A DNA stretch of 64,000 nt from assembly GCA_037443365.1 (NCBI GenBank), contig JBBIOM010000007.1, positions 1-64,000 of the forward strand, in the 5' to 3' direction. The notes under the pieces are model-generated. The model did no database searches. It was not told the DNA's origin and was given only the letters and a program-made list of their open reading frames with translations. Below, piece after piece: positions 19,447-27,828 of the stretch. This DNA is from Armatimonadota bacterium (GTDB taxonomy: Bacteria; Sysuimicrobiota; Sysuimicrobiia; Sysuimicrobiales; Humicultoraceae). Position 1 is the first letter of the stretch. Each line of letters begins with the position of its first letter. The translations under genes were made by a program, and so were the position numbers.

Positions 19447-20181
19447 ATGCTTCGAGCCGACGGACGTGCCGCCGACGAGATGCGGCAGGTCCAGATCACC
19501 CGGAACTTCATCCCGCACGCGGAAGGGTCGGTGCTCATTACGCTCGGCGAGACGCGCGTCGTGTGCACCGCTACCGTGGAGGAGCGCCTGCCGCCGTGGC
19601 TTCGCGGTGCGGGCCAGGGTTGGATCACGGCCGAGTATGGCATGCTGCCCCGCTCGACGCACGAGCGCACCCCGCGTGATCCGGGTCGGCAGGGCGGGAG
19701 GACGCATGAGATCCAGCGCCTGATCGGGAGGTCGTTGCGCGCGGCGGTGGATCTCCAGAAGATGGGCGAGCGCACGATAACGGTGGATTGCGACGTCCTC
19801 CAGGCCGACGGCGGTACCCGGACTGCCGCGATCACGGGCGCGATGGTGGCGCTCGTGGACGCGCTGGCCGTGCTGAGGCGCACCGGTGCCCTGGGCTGGT
19901 GGCCGCTCCGCGAACTGGTGGCGGCCACCAGCGTGGGGATAGTCGAGAACGAGGTCCGCCTGGACCTGACCTATACCGAGGACGCGCGCGCCCGCGTGGA
20001 CCTCAACCTGGTCATGACCGAATCGGGCAACATGGTCGAGGTGCAGGGGACCGCGGAAGGCCTGCCATACAGCCGGGCGGAGCTCCTCGACATGCTGGCG
20101 CTGGGCGAGGTCGGGATCCGCGCGCTCGTCGCGGAGCAGAAGGCGGCGCTGGGCGACGCCCTGTCGGGACAGCCGCGTTGA
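19447..20181 (+). CDS. rph: ribonuclease PH
   Basis: [50 protein letters not shown]. Confidence 0.97.
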   Translation: MLRADGRAADEMRQVQITRNFIPHAEGSVLITLGETRVVCTATVEERLPPWLRGAGQGWITAEYGMLPRSTHERTPRDPGRQGGRTHEIQRLIGRSLRAAVDLQKMGERTITVDCDVLQADGGTRTAAITGAMVALVDALAVLRRTGALGWWPLRELVAATSVGIVENEVRLDLTYTEDARARVDLNLVMTESGNMVEVQGTAEGLPYSRAELLDMLALGEVGIRALVAEQKAALGDALSGQPR

Positions 20182-20795
20182 CGCTGGAGATCGTCCTTGC
20201 CACGCGCAATCCCGGGAAGCTCCGCGAGCTGCGCGCGCTGCTCGAGGGCCTTCCGGTGCGCGTCCTGACCCTCGACGACTATCCGGGAGTCCCGGCCCTG
20301 CCCGAGACCGCCGACACCTTCGAGGGCAACGCGAGGTCGAAGGCGACGGCCGTAGCGCTCATGACCGGGCGAATCGCGCTTGCCGACGACTCGGGTCTCG
20401 AGGTGGATGCGCTGGGCGGCGCGCCTGGGGTTCACTCGGCGACGTTCCTGGGTGAGGGCGCGACCGACGCCGATCGGATCGCCTGGGTGCTCGAGCGGAT
20501 GCGCGGGGTGGAGGATGACCGCCGCACTGCCCGGTTCCGCGCCGTGGTGGCCGTGTCCACCCCTGATGGGGCCGTGCGCACCTTCGAGGGCATCTGCGAG
20601 GGGCGCATTGCCGCGGCGCCCCGAGGGGCCGGGGGTTTTGGATACGATCCGATCTTCTTCCTTCCGGCGCACGGATGCACCATGGGGGAACTCCCTGTTG
20701 AGTCCAAGAACGCCATCAGCCACAGGGCGCGGGCGCTGCGGGCCGCGCGCGCACATCTGGCATCACTGGCCGGCGCGGCATCGTCTCCCGTGTGA
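20178..20795 (+). CDS. rdgB: XTP/dITP diphosphatase (Ham1/RdgB)
   Basis: [49 protein letters not shown] start overlapping the rph stop. Confidence 0.95.
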   Translation: MTLEIVLATRNPGKLRELRALLEGLPVRVLTLDDYPGVPALPETADTFEGNARSKATAVALMTGRIALADDSGLEVDALGGAPGVHSATFLGEGATDADRIAWVLERMRGVEDDRRTARFRAVVAVSTPDGAVRTFEGICEGRIAAAPRGAGGFGYDPIFFLPAHGCTMGELPVESKNAISHRARALRAARAHLASLAGAASSPV

Positions 20796-20814
20796 AGAAC
20801 CCTGGAGAAGGCGC

Positions 20815-22455
20815 CTAGAGGATTGCTCTGGAATCGCGCTCCAGCAGCGTGCGCCGCGCCAGGGGCACCGGTGGAGCGCCGAGCCCGATCAGCCGGTCGT
20901 GGAACTCCCGTAGCGAGAAGGCCGCCCCGCGTTCTGCCCTGTAGTCGTCACGCAGTTTCCGGATTAGGAACTTGCCCAGCGTGTAGTTGAGGTACCCCGG
21001 GTCGAAGGTGCCGCGCACTGCCTCCTTGCGCGCGGTGAGCGGCTCCATGTAGGCGCGGTCCTCGAACAGGGCCGCCGCCTGATCCACCGTCATCCCTCCC
21101 GCGTGCATCCTGATCGCGGCCAGGTACCTGACCTGCCGCACCAGGGCCTCGGCGAGCTGGGCCAGGTGGAACTTCGGGCTTCGGTCAACGCCGGCTTCGA
21201 GCATCATCTCCTCGCAGTAGTGCGCCCACCCCTCGATGAAGGAGTACGAGGTCAGCATCTTGGCGGTCCGCGAGGGGGCGTTCCTGATCCTCAGGAAATG
21301 GATGAAGTGACCCGGGTAGGCCTCGTGGATGCTGACGTCCTTGAGCGTGGCGTAGTCGAACTTCGTCAGCCATTCCTCGCGCTTCTCCCGCGGCCAGTCA
21401 GGCAGAGGAGGTGTGACGTAGTAGTAGGACTCGGCGGTCTCCTCAAAGGGGCCTGCTGAATCCATCATGGCGAAGGCCCACCGCGCGAACGGCGGCGTCT
21501 CCTCGACCAAAGGCCGCGCGTCACCTGGGATCGTCACGATCGCCTCCTCGATCAGGAACCGCCGCAGGCCCTCCAGCATCGCCTGCGTCTGCGGGATGAG
21601 CTCCTCTTCGCTCGGATGCTCCCTGGCCAGAAGACCCATGACCTCGCGCGGGTGCTCGCCCGGGGCAACCTGCGCTGCCACCTCACAGAGGTCCGCGCTC
21701 AGCCGCTCCATTTCGGATTCGCCCAGGGCGATGAGGCGGTCGAGGGGTACATCCACCATCTCGCCGCTTCGCAGCATCGCTGCCAGGGCCGCCTCGCCGA
21801 TGGCGAACTCCCCGGTGGCGTGGTCCCTTGATTCGGCGAGGGACGCCTCGAATCGCTCCAGGGCGGCGCATGCCGCAGCGCGTGCCGCCTCGAACCGCGC
21901 GTGCAGCGGCGTGCCCGAGACCGCCGCGGCCGCGCGCGCCAGATCGCCAGCGTAGTACGCCCTGTATCCGCCGTAAACCTCGATCGCGGTCTCGACGATG
22001 GGTAGGGCCAGGGGCTCTTCGAGGTGAGCCCGGGCTGTCTCCAGGAAGCCGGGTATCTCCTCGAGGTGGCAGGCAAGCGCGCGCAGGCGCTCGGGGAGCG
22101 GCGCGTAGGCGCGCTTGATGTATGTGGTGACGTCCAGGGGGAAGCTCCAGGCGACCGGGTTGCGCGCGTGCTCGCGCAGGACCTCGAACCGAAGGCGCTC
22201 ATGGGCGATCGTCTGGGAGATCAGGGCTGCGTCATGTGAGGCCTGGGCCGTCAGGTCTTCACGCGGCAGTTCTACAAGACCCCGTTCCCACGTGGCGAGC
22301 CTGCGCATCCAGGAATCGAGCGCAGCCCTTGAGTAATCGCCCGCCCTCCCATCGTAGGCATGCAGCCCCATGCCCGAACCGCTGGTGGGGTAGAACTCCA
22401 GGTAATCGGCCAGGAATCCCTGCGAGATGCGCTCGAACTCGTTATCCGGTTGCAC
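20815..22455 (-). CDS. DUF885 family protein
   Basis: HEAYPGHF, FIEGWAHYCE, PGYLNYTLGK, FHDRL..G..P motifs. Confidence 0.85.
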   Translation of the reverse strand: MQPDNEFERISQGFLADYLEFYPTSGSGMGLHAYDGRAGDYSRAALDSWMRRLATWERGLVELPREDLTAQASHDAALISQTIAHERLRFEVLREHARNPVAWSFPLDVTTYIKRAYAPLPERLRALACHLEEIPGFLETARAHLEEPLALPIVETAIEVYGGYRAYYAGDLARAAAAVSGTPLHARFEAARAAACAALERFEASLAESRDHATGEFAIGEAALAAMLRSGEMVDVPLDRLIALGESEMERLSADLCEVAAQVAPGEHPREVMGLLAREHPSEEELIPQTQAMLEGLRRFLIEEAIVTIPGDARPLVEETPPFARWAFAMMDSAGPFEETAESYYYVTPPLPDWPREKREEWLTKFDYATLKDVSIHEAYPGHFIHFLRIRNAPSRTAKMLTSYSFIEGWAHYCEEMMLEAGVDRSPKFHLAQLAEALVRQVRYLAAIRMHAGGMTVDQAAALFEDRAYMEPLTARKEAVRGTFDPGYLNYTLGKFLIRKLRDDYRAERGAAFSLREFHDRLIGLGAPPVPLARRTLLERDSRAIL

Positions 22456-22540
22456 GGATGCTCCTTTGTTGGGTTTGCCCGGACACTCACGCGGATGCCG
22501 GGCATCTTCTCCCGGAGCCGCCGTGATCCCTCCCTGGAAC

Positions 22541-22579
22541 TTTCGGCTTGCCTAAAGAAGAGGATTCGGGTACCTTAAG
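22541..22579 (+). promoter_or_regulatory. feoAB promoter (TTGCCT-17-TACCTT) overlapped by two DtxR/SirR/MntR-like operator boxes
   Basis: TTTCGGCTTGCCTAAA (22541-22556) and ATTCGGGTACCTTAAG (22564-22579) resemble TTAGG-N4-CCTAA. Confidence 0.55.
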
Positions 22580-22586
22580 AACGACC

Positions 22587-22838
22587 ATGATGACCGCGCG
22601 CACGCTCTCGGAGATGCGCCCAGGCGAGACCGCCCGCCTGGGGCAGATGCCGGCCGTGGAGGTCGGCCTGGCGCAGGAACTTGCGGCCGTGAGGTTGCTG
22701 CCTGGAGAGGTCGTTACGGTTCTGGCCGAGGTGGGCGCAGGCGGGCCCTTGCTGGTGCAGGGAGCCGGCGGCGTCTTCGCCTTGGGCCGCCGTCTCGCCG
22801 CTCGCCTTTCCGTTGAGGGTCTGGGTCCGTGCCCCTAG
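22587..22838 (+). CDS. feoA: ferrous iron transport protein A
   Basis: TLSEMRPGE, LLPGEVV, GGPLLV, FALGR..A SH3-like FeoA pattern; upstream of feoB. Confidence 0.8.
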   Translation: MMTARTLSEMRPGETARLGQMPAVEVGLAQELAAVRLLPGEVVTVLAEVGAGGPLLVQGAGGVFALGRRLAARLSVEGLGPCP

Positions 22839-24817
22839 GCTGCCACGATCCCAGGTCTGGCACCCCTGCCGACGGGGACATGCAGGTCGCCCTGGCCGGC
22901 AACCCCAACGTCGGCAAGTCCACGGTCTTCAACCTGCTGACCGGCTTCGGCGCGGCCACCGCGAACTACCCGGGCACGACCGTCGAGGTCACCGTGGCCG
23001 CCGCGCGCATCAACGGGAGCCGCGTGACCATCCTCGACCTGCCGGGCACGTACGCCCTCACGGGACACACAGAGGATCAGCAGGCGGCTCGGCGCGCCCT
23101 CCTGGAGGAGCGTCCCGACGCCGTTGTGGCGATCCTTGATGCCACCAATCTGGCGCGCAACCTGTACCTGGTCCTGCAGCTTGTGGATCTGGGGTTCCCG
23201 GTTGTGGTGGCGCTGAACCTCACGGATGAGGCAGAGCGGCGGGGGATTCACATTGACGCGGCTCGCCTGGGAGCACTGCTGGGGGTTCCTGTGGTTCCCA
23301 CGGTCGCCACGCGGCGCCACGGGATGTCCGACCTCATAGCCGAGGCCATGCGCCAGGGAAGGCCGTCCGCGCAGCCCAGGCACAGGTACTGCGCGGAGAT
23401 CGAGGACATCGCCGCACGGGTCGCGGCGCTCCTGGAAGGACACGTTCTGCCGGCGCGCGGGCGCGCGCTGCTGCTCCTTGAGGAGGGTGACGCTTCCGGG
23501 TTGCCCCCTGGGGTGATCACACCAGGGGCCGCCGCGGAGGCCGCGGCGATTGCCCGCGCGGTGAGCGCTCAGGGCGGGGAGGCCCTGGCGCTGGCGATCG
23601 CGCGCGAGCGGCACCTGGCGGCCGAGCGCATCGCGCACGAGGCGACACTGCGTTCAGGCCAGGCGCAGCGGCTGCACCTCTGGCGCCTGGCCACGCGGCC
23701 TGCAACCGGCGTGCCCCTGCTCCTCGCGGTGCTGGGCGCGGTGTTCGCGTGCCTGTTCTGGGGCGGGGGCGTGCTGGCCGGATTCGTGGATGCCCTCTGG
23801 GTGCGCACCGCCTCGCCCGCCATCGCCACGCTCTCCGCCTGGGCCCTGGGAGACGGCGTGCTCACGCGCATCGTGCACTGGGGCCTGGATGCGGGCCTGC
23901 TGGCCGTGCTCACCGTGGGCATCCCCTATGTGTTGACGTTCTATCTGCTGCTCTCGATCCTGGAGGACAGCGGGTACCTCAACGTTGCCGCGGTGCTGAC
24001 CGACCGGTTGATGGGCCGCCTTGGCCTGAACGGCAGGGCCGCGATCCCCCTGGTGGCGGGCGCCGGCTGCAGCGTGCCGGCGATGCTCGGGTTGCGGGTG
24101 CTGCGCAGCGAGCGCGAGCGACTCATCGGCGCCACGCTCGTGGCCTTGCTGCCGTGCAGCGCGCGTACGGCCGTGATCATGGGCGCGGTCGCCTTCCTGG
24201 GCGGCTGGCGCGCGGCGCTGCTGCTCTACCTGACCGTGGGGGTTCTCATCCTGGCGACGGGCTGGGGGCTCAACCGCCTGGTGCCTGGCCGGGCGCCGGA
24301 CCTGCTCATGGAGGTCTTCCCGTTTCGCTGGCCGATGCCGCAGGGCGTGCTGCGCAAGGCGTGGTCGCGGGCCCGCGAGTTCGTCACCGTGGCCGTTCCG
24401 TTCGTTTTGGTCGGGAGCCTCCTGCTGGGCGCGCTGTACGAGACGGGCCTGATCCGTCTAGCCGAGCGGCCGCTGTCCCCGATCGTGGAGGGCTGGCTCG
24501 GCCTGCCGCCGGTGGCCGGGCTCACGCTGATCTTCGCGGTGCTGCGCAAGGAGCTCGCGCTGCAACTGCTCATCGCGCTCGCCGTCGTGCAGTACGGCAG
24601 CAGCGCGAGCAGCCTGTCGGCGTTCATGACGCCCAACCAGGTGTTCACCTATGCGCTCGTGAACACGATATACATTCCCTGCGTGGCGACGATGGCAGTA
24701 CTGGCGAGGATCCTGGGCTGGCGGCGGGCCGCGGCGATCTCCGTGTTCACGATCGTGCTGGCGCTTGCCGTCGGGGGGCTGGCCACGCGGCTGCTGGCTC
24801 TCTTGGGATTCGGATAG
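22829..24817 (+). CDS. feoB: ferrous iron transport protein B
   Basis: G1 GNPNVGKS, NYPGTTV, DLPG, NLTD; gate motifs LEDSGY, GCSVPA, PCSAR, YIPCVAT; alternative start 22880. Confidence 0.95.
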   Translation: MPLGCHDPRSGTPADGDMQVALAGNPNVGKSTVFNLLTGFGAATANYPGTTVEVTVAAARINGSRVTILDLPGTYALTGHTEDQQAARRALLEERPDAVVAILDATNLARNLYLVLQLVDLGFPVVVALNLTDEAERRGIHIDAARLGALLGVPVVPTVATRRHGMSDLIAEAMRQGRPSAQPRHRYCAEIEDIAARVAALLEGHVLPARGRALLLLEEGDASGLPPGVITPGAAAEAAAIARAVSAQGGEALALAIARERHLAAERIAHEATLRSGQAQRLHLWRLATRPATGVPLLLAVLGAVFACLFWGGGVLAGFVDALWVRTASPAIATLSAWALGDGVLTRIVHWGLDAGLLAVLTVGIPYVLTFYLLLSILEDSGYLNVAAVLTDRLMGRLGLNGRAAIPLVAGAGCSVPAMLGLRVLRSERERLIGATLVALLPCSARTAVIMGAVAFLGGWRAALLLYLTVGVLILATGWGLNRLVPGRAPDLLMEVFPFRWPMPQGVLRKAWSRAREFVTVAVPFVLVGSLLLGALYETGLIRLAERPLSPIVEGWLGLPPVAGLTLIFAVLRKELALQLLIALAVVQYGSSASSLSAFMTPNQVFTYALVNTIYIPCVATMAVLARILGWRRAAAISVFTIVLALAVGGLATRLLALLGFG

Positions 24818-24837
24818 CCGTGAAGGAGGCATGGCGC

Positions 24838-26193
24838 ATGTCCCCAGAGCACGTGCACAGGCACATAGACATGCACCGCCAGGAGTCGCTGGAGATCCTC
24901 AAGACCCTGGTTCGCCAACCCAGCATCAGCGCGCAGGGGATCGGCGTCAGCGAGTGCGCCCGCCTGCTGGCCGGGGTCATGAGCGATCTCGGGATTCCCT
25001 CGGAGGTGATCGAGACGCCGACCGCTCCGGTCGTGTATGGCGAGGTCGCCGGGAAGCCTGAGGGCTACACGCTGCTGTGCTACGGACACTACGACGTGCA
25101 GCCGCCCGAGCCGCTCGATCTGTGGGTGAGCCCGCCTTTCGAGCCCACGGTGCGCGACGGCCGGCTCTACGGCCGGGGGACCGGCGACAACAAGGGCCAG
25201 CTGATCGCCCACGTGCTGGCGGCCAAGGCCTGGATCGAGGCCGCGGGGGCGCCGCCTGTCAACCTCAAGTTCGTCTTCGAGGGGGAGGAGGAGTCGGGGT
25301 CGGGCGGGCTGGCCGAGTTCGTGAGGAAGCACAAGACGCGCCTGGCAGCGGACCTGGTCTACATCTCCGACGGCGGGCTGCATCCCAGCGGCGCGCCCGT
25401 CATCTCCCTGGGCAACCGCGGGATAGTGGGGATCACGCTTGTCGCCCAGGGCGCCGATCGCGACAACCACTCGGGCAACAAGGGCGGCGTGGCGCCCAAC
25501 CCTGTCTGGATGCTGGTGAACCTGCTCTCGACCATGGTGGATCCCGCGGGCCGGGTGCTGATCGAGGGCTTCTACGACAACGTGCGACCGATCGGTCCAG
25601 TGGAGGAACGGCTCCTGGCCGGTATGGAGTTTGACCCCCGCGAGTTCGCCGCAACAATGGGGCTCGATGACCTGCCGATGGACGGGGCCACCTACTGGAA
25701 GCGCATCATGCTGGAGCCGTACTTCAACATCAGCGGATTCGCCAGCGGCTACGTGGGTCCGGGATCCAAGACCATCATCCCCTCGAGGGCCGAGTGCCGC
25801 ATAGACATCCGGCTGGTGGTGGATCAGAAGACCGGCGAGATCTTCGAGAAGGTGAAGGCGCACGCGGCACGCGTGGACCCGCGCGTTCAGGTGCTCGCGC
25901 GCGGCTTCGGGTCCATGGAGCCCAGCCGCACTTCTGTGGACCACCCGGCCGTGGCCGTTGTGGCCGGCGCCATCCGGGCGGTACGGGGGATCGAGCCGTT
26001 TGTCAACCTCTGTTCAGGGGGGAGTCTACCCAACGCGGTCTGGCCCACGGTGCTTGGCGCAGATCACATCGGCGTGCCCTACGCCAACGCCGATGAGGGC
26101 AACCACGGCCCCAACGAGAACCTGAGCCTGGAACGGTTCTACGACGGCATCCACGTGAGCGCCGAGGTCTTCCGCGCGCTGGCTGGCGTCTAG
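24838..26193 (+). CDS. M20/M25/M40 family metallopeptidase (second paralog)
   Basis: YGHYDVQPPEP, GRGTGDNKGQ, EGEEESGS, NHGPNE; AAGGAGG RBS. Confidence 0.9.
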   Translation: MSPEHVHRHIDMHRQESLEILKTLVRQPSISAQGIGVSECARLLAGVMSDLGIPSEVIETPTAPVVYGEVAGKPEGYTLLCYGHYDVQPPEPLDLWVSPPFEPTVRDGRLYGRGTGDNKGQLIAHVLAAKAWIEAAGAPPVNLKFVFEGEEESGSGGLAEFVRKHKTRLAADLVYISDGGLHPSGAPVISLGNRGIVGITLVAQGADRDNHSGNKGGVAPNPVWMLVNLLSTMVDPAGRVLIEGFYDNVRPIGPVEERLLAGMEFDPREFAATMGLDDLPMDGATYWKRIMLEPYFNISGFASGYVGPGSKTIIPSRAECRIDIRLVVDQKTGEIFEKVKAHAARVDPRVQVLARGFGSMEPSRTSVDHPAVAVVAGAIRAVRGIEPFVNLCSGGSLPNAVWPTVLGADHIGVPYANADEGNHGPNENLSLERFYDGIHVSAEVFRALAGV

Positions 26194-26213
26194 GCGCCGC
26201 TGGCTCCTCGCCG

Positions 26214-26242
26214 TTGCGGAGCGCGCGCGGCTCTGCTACGAT
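26214..26242 (+). promoter_or_regulatory. sigma70-type promoter of tRNA-Pro
   Basis: TTGCGG-17-(TGC)TACGAT. Confidence 0.6.
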
Positions 26243-26250
26243 CGCGGCGT

Positions 26251-26327
26251 CGGGGCGTAGCGCAGCTTGGCAGCGCGTCTGGTTTGGGACCAGAAGGTCG
26301 GCGGTTCGAGTCCGCCCGCCCCGACCA
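26251..26327 (+). tRNA. tRNA-Pro(TGG)
   Basis: CGGGGCG/CGCCCCG acceptor stem, TCTGG-TTTGGGA-CCAGA anticodon arm, GTTCGAG T-loop, encoded CCA. Confidence 0.97.
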
Positions 26328-26345
26328 GTGTTCATGCGAGTTTCG

Positions 26346-26625
26346 TCACTTCTCTCCGTTCGAGGATAGCCCAAGATCTAGGTGTAAGTCAGGTGTAGAG
26401 AACAACCGCGCCCCCGGCACGCGGATGCCTTGCTCCTGCATCCCAGGGAGAACGTGCGCGTAGACATCACCTGCGACGCTCACGCACGAATGCCCTAGGG
26501 CTTCACTAACGACCTCCTAGGTCCACGTCTTCTCGACGGAGCCCAAGGGCCTCGCTCGGTCGCATCCCGCTCTCAATAGGCATGAGATGGAGCCGATAGT
26601 AGCATGAGGATCGTTTCGCTTCGGC
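26346..26625 (-). pseudogene. tyrosine recombinase/integrase remnant with internal deletion and frameshift
   Basis: Box I-like YYRLHLMPIESGMRPSEALGLRREDVDL followed in another frame by Box II-like VSEALGHSCVSVAGDVYAHVLPGMQEQ (from 26510, stop at 26346). Confidence 0.85.
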
Positions 26626-26802
26626 TGGGAGAGGCGTCCCAGAAATCGACTGCGAGGGCGCCTGTGCCGAGTGCTGATCGTTCTGAAAGGGCACAAACGG
26701 ACTTTCGATGATCAGCGAGGAGGGGGCCCGGACGGGAGGAGTGCAGGCGTCAAGAAGCAAACCTACGATAGATCGTTCTCAGCATCCTGCTGGGAGGCTG
26801 CC

Positions 26803-27453
26803 ATGCTGGTTCGCGAGCGAATGACAACGGATCCGGCGACCATCACATCCGGCATGTCGGTGCCGGACGCCCTGCGTCTGATGCGCCAGAGAAAGATCCG
26901 ACGCCTGCCCGTGGTCGATGGCCACGGACAGCTGGTCGGGATCGTCTCCGACAAGGATCTGCTCTACGTGGCGCCCTCGCCAGCGACCACGCTGGCGATC
27001 TGGGAGATCCCCGAGTTGCTCGGCAGGCTTAAGGTCGAGCAGGTTATGACCCGGGAGGTTGTCACAGTGTCTGAAGACGCGCCGCTGGAGGAAGCGGCGC
27101 GCATCATGGTGGACCGCAGGATTGGCGGCCTGCCCGTCATGCGAGGCAAGACTCTGGTCGGCATCATCACCGAGACGGATCTGTTCAAGGTGTTCCTGGA
27201 ACTGCTGGGTGGCCGCAGACCAGGCGTGCGTGCGACCGTTTCCGTCTCTGGCGTCAAAGGCACGATGGCCAAGATCACCGGCGCGATCTTCGGCGTCGGC
27301 GGCGATATCGTCGGCCTCGGTCTGAGCGAAGTCAAGGATGCCGCCGGAACGCCCTGGCGTGTCACGTTGAAGGTGCAGGGCGTCTCCCGGGAGAAGCTCG
27401 TGGCGGCCATCCGGCCTGTCGTGCAAGATGTCCTGGAAGTGCGCGAGACGTAA
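26803..27453 (+). CDS. CBS-pair plus ACT domain protein (AcuB-like)
   Basis: MLVRERMT.DP, IRRLPVVD, LVGIVSDKDL, IGGLPV, LVGIITETDLF, C-terminal ACT-like domain; GGGAGG RBS. Confidence 0.88.
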   Translation: MLVRERMTTDPATITSGMSVPDALRLMRQRKIRRLPVVDGHGQLVGIVSDKDLLYVAPSPATTLAIWEIPELLGRLKVEQVMTREVVTVSEDAPLEEAARIMVDRRIGGLPVMRGKTLVGIITETDLFKVFLELLGGRRPGVRATVSVSGVKGTMAKITGAIFGVGGDIVGLGLSEVKDAAGTPWRVTLKVQGVSREKLVAAIRPVVQDVLEVRET

Positions 27454-27556
27454 CGATCAGGGCGCGGAATACGGAAGTACCATTGGGTATGTAGGAAGAC
27501 TTCCGACGTTCTTCGCGGTGGGGCCAGCACGGCCCCGCCCTAGCGTCTCCCGGTGC

Positions 27557-27640
27557 TACATCCTCCCCAAGCATCTTCAGGCCGCCTGGCGGGCCAAGTT
27601 GCAGCACGCCTATCGTCAGCCGACGTACGCAACCGCGCGC
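27557..27640 (+). pseudogene. IS256-family transposase fragment (tentative)
   Basis: translates YILPKHLQAAWRAKLQHAYRQPTYATAR, resembling the post-CxxH helical segment of IS256/Mutator transposases. Confidence 0.5.
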
Positions 27641-27749
27641 AGCGTTGCAGCAGAGCATGATGAAGGTGAACGGCGGACTGGTGGCGTAATGGTGGCTGGG
27701 GCTGCTCGTGCAATCTCAACTGGCCTGGGTCTTGGAGTAGGACTACTCC

Positions 27750-27794
27750 TTTGGAACCAGAAGGTCGGCGGTTCGAGTCCGCCCGCCCCGACCA
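27750..27794 (+). repeat. attR-like duplicate of the tRNA-Pro 3' half
   Basis: TTTGGAACCAGAAGGTCGGCGGTTCGAGTCCGCCCGCCCCGACCA, 44/45 identical to 26283-26327; 5' half of the tRNA absent. Confidence 0.93.
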
Positions 27795-27828
27795 ATGCAG
27801 CACACCACCTCTGTCACGGAGGTATCGC

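Larger units (their letters stand above)
26283..27794. mobile_element. decayed integrative element in tRNA-Pro, bounded by 45-bp att repeats
   Basis: 26283-26327 repeated at 27750-27794 with 1 mismatch; integrase remnant, cargo gene and IS scrap inside; more AT-rich than flanks. Confidence 0.85.

Noticed and set aside
23749-24837. FeoB-M20 fusion or 814-aa peptidase suggested by the ORF track
   Set aside because: The N-terminal part is an off-frame overlap of feoB; the real start is ATG 24838 with a strong RBS.
27715-27794. Second tRNA-Pro gene
   Set aside because: Only the 3' 45 nt match; no 5' acceptor strand, D-arm or 5' anticodon stem. It is an att repeat.
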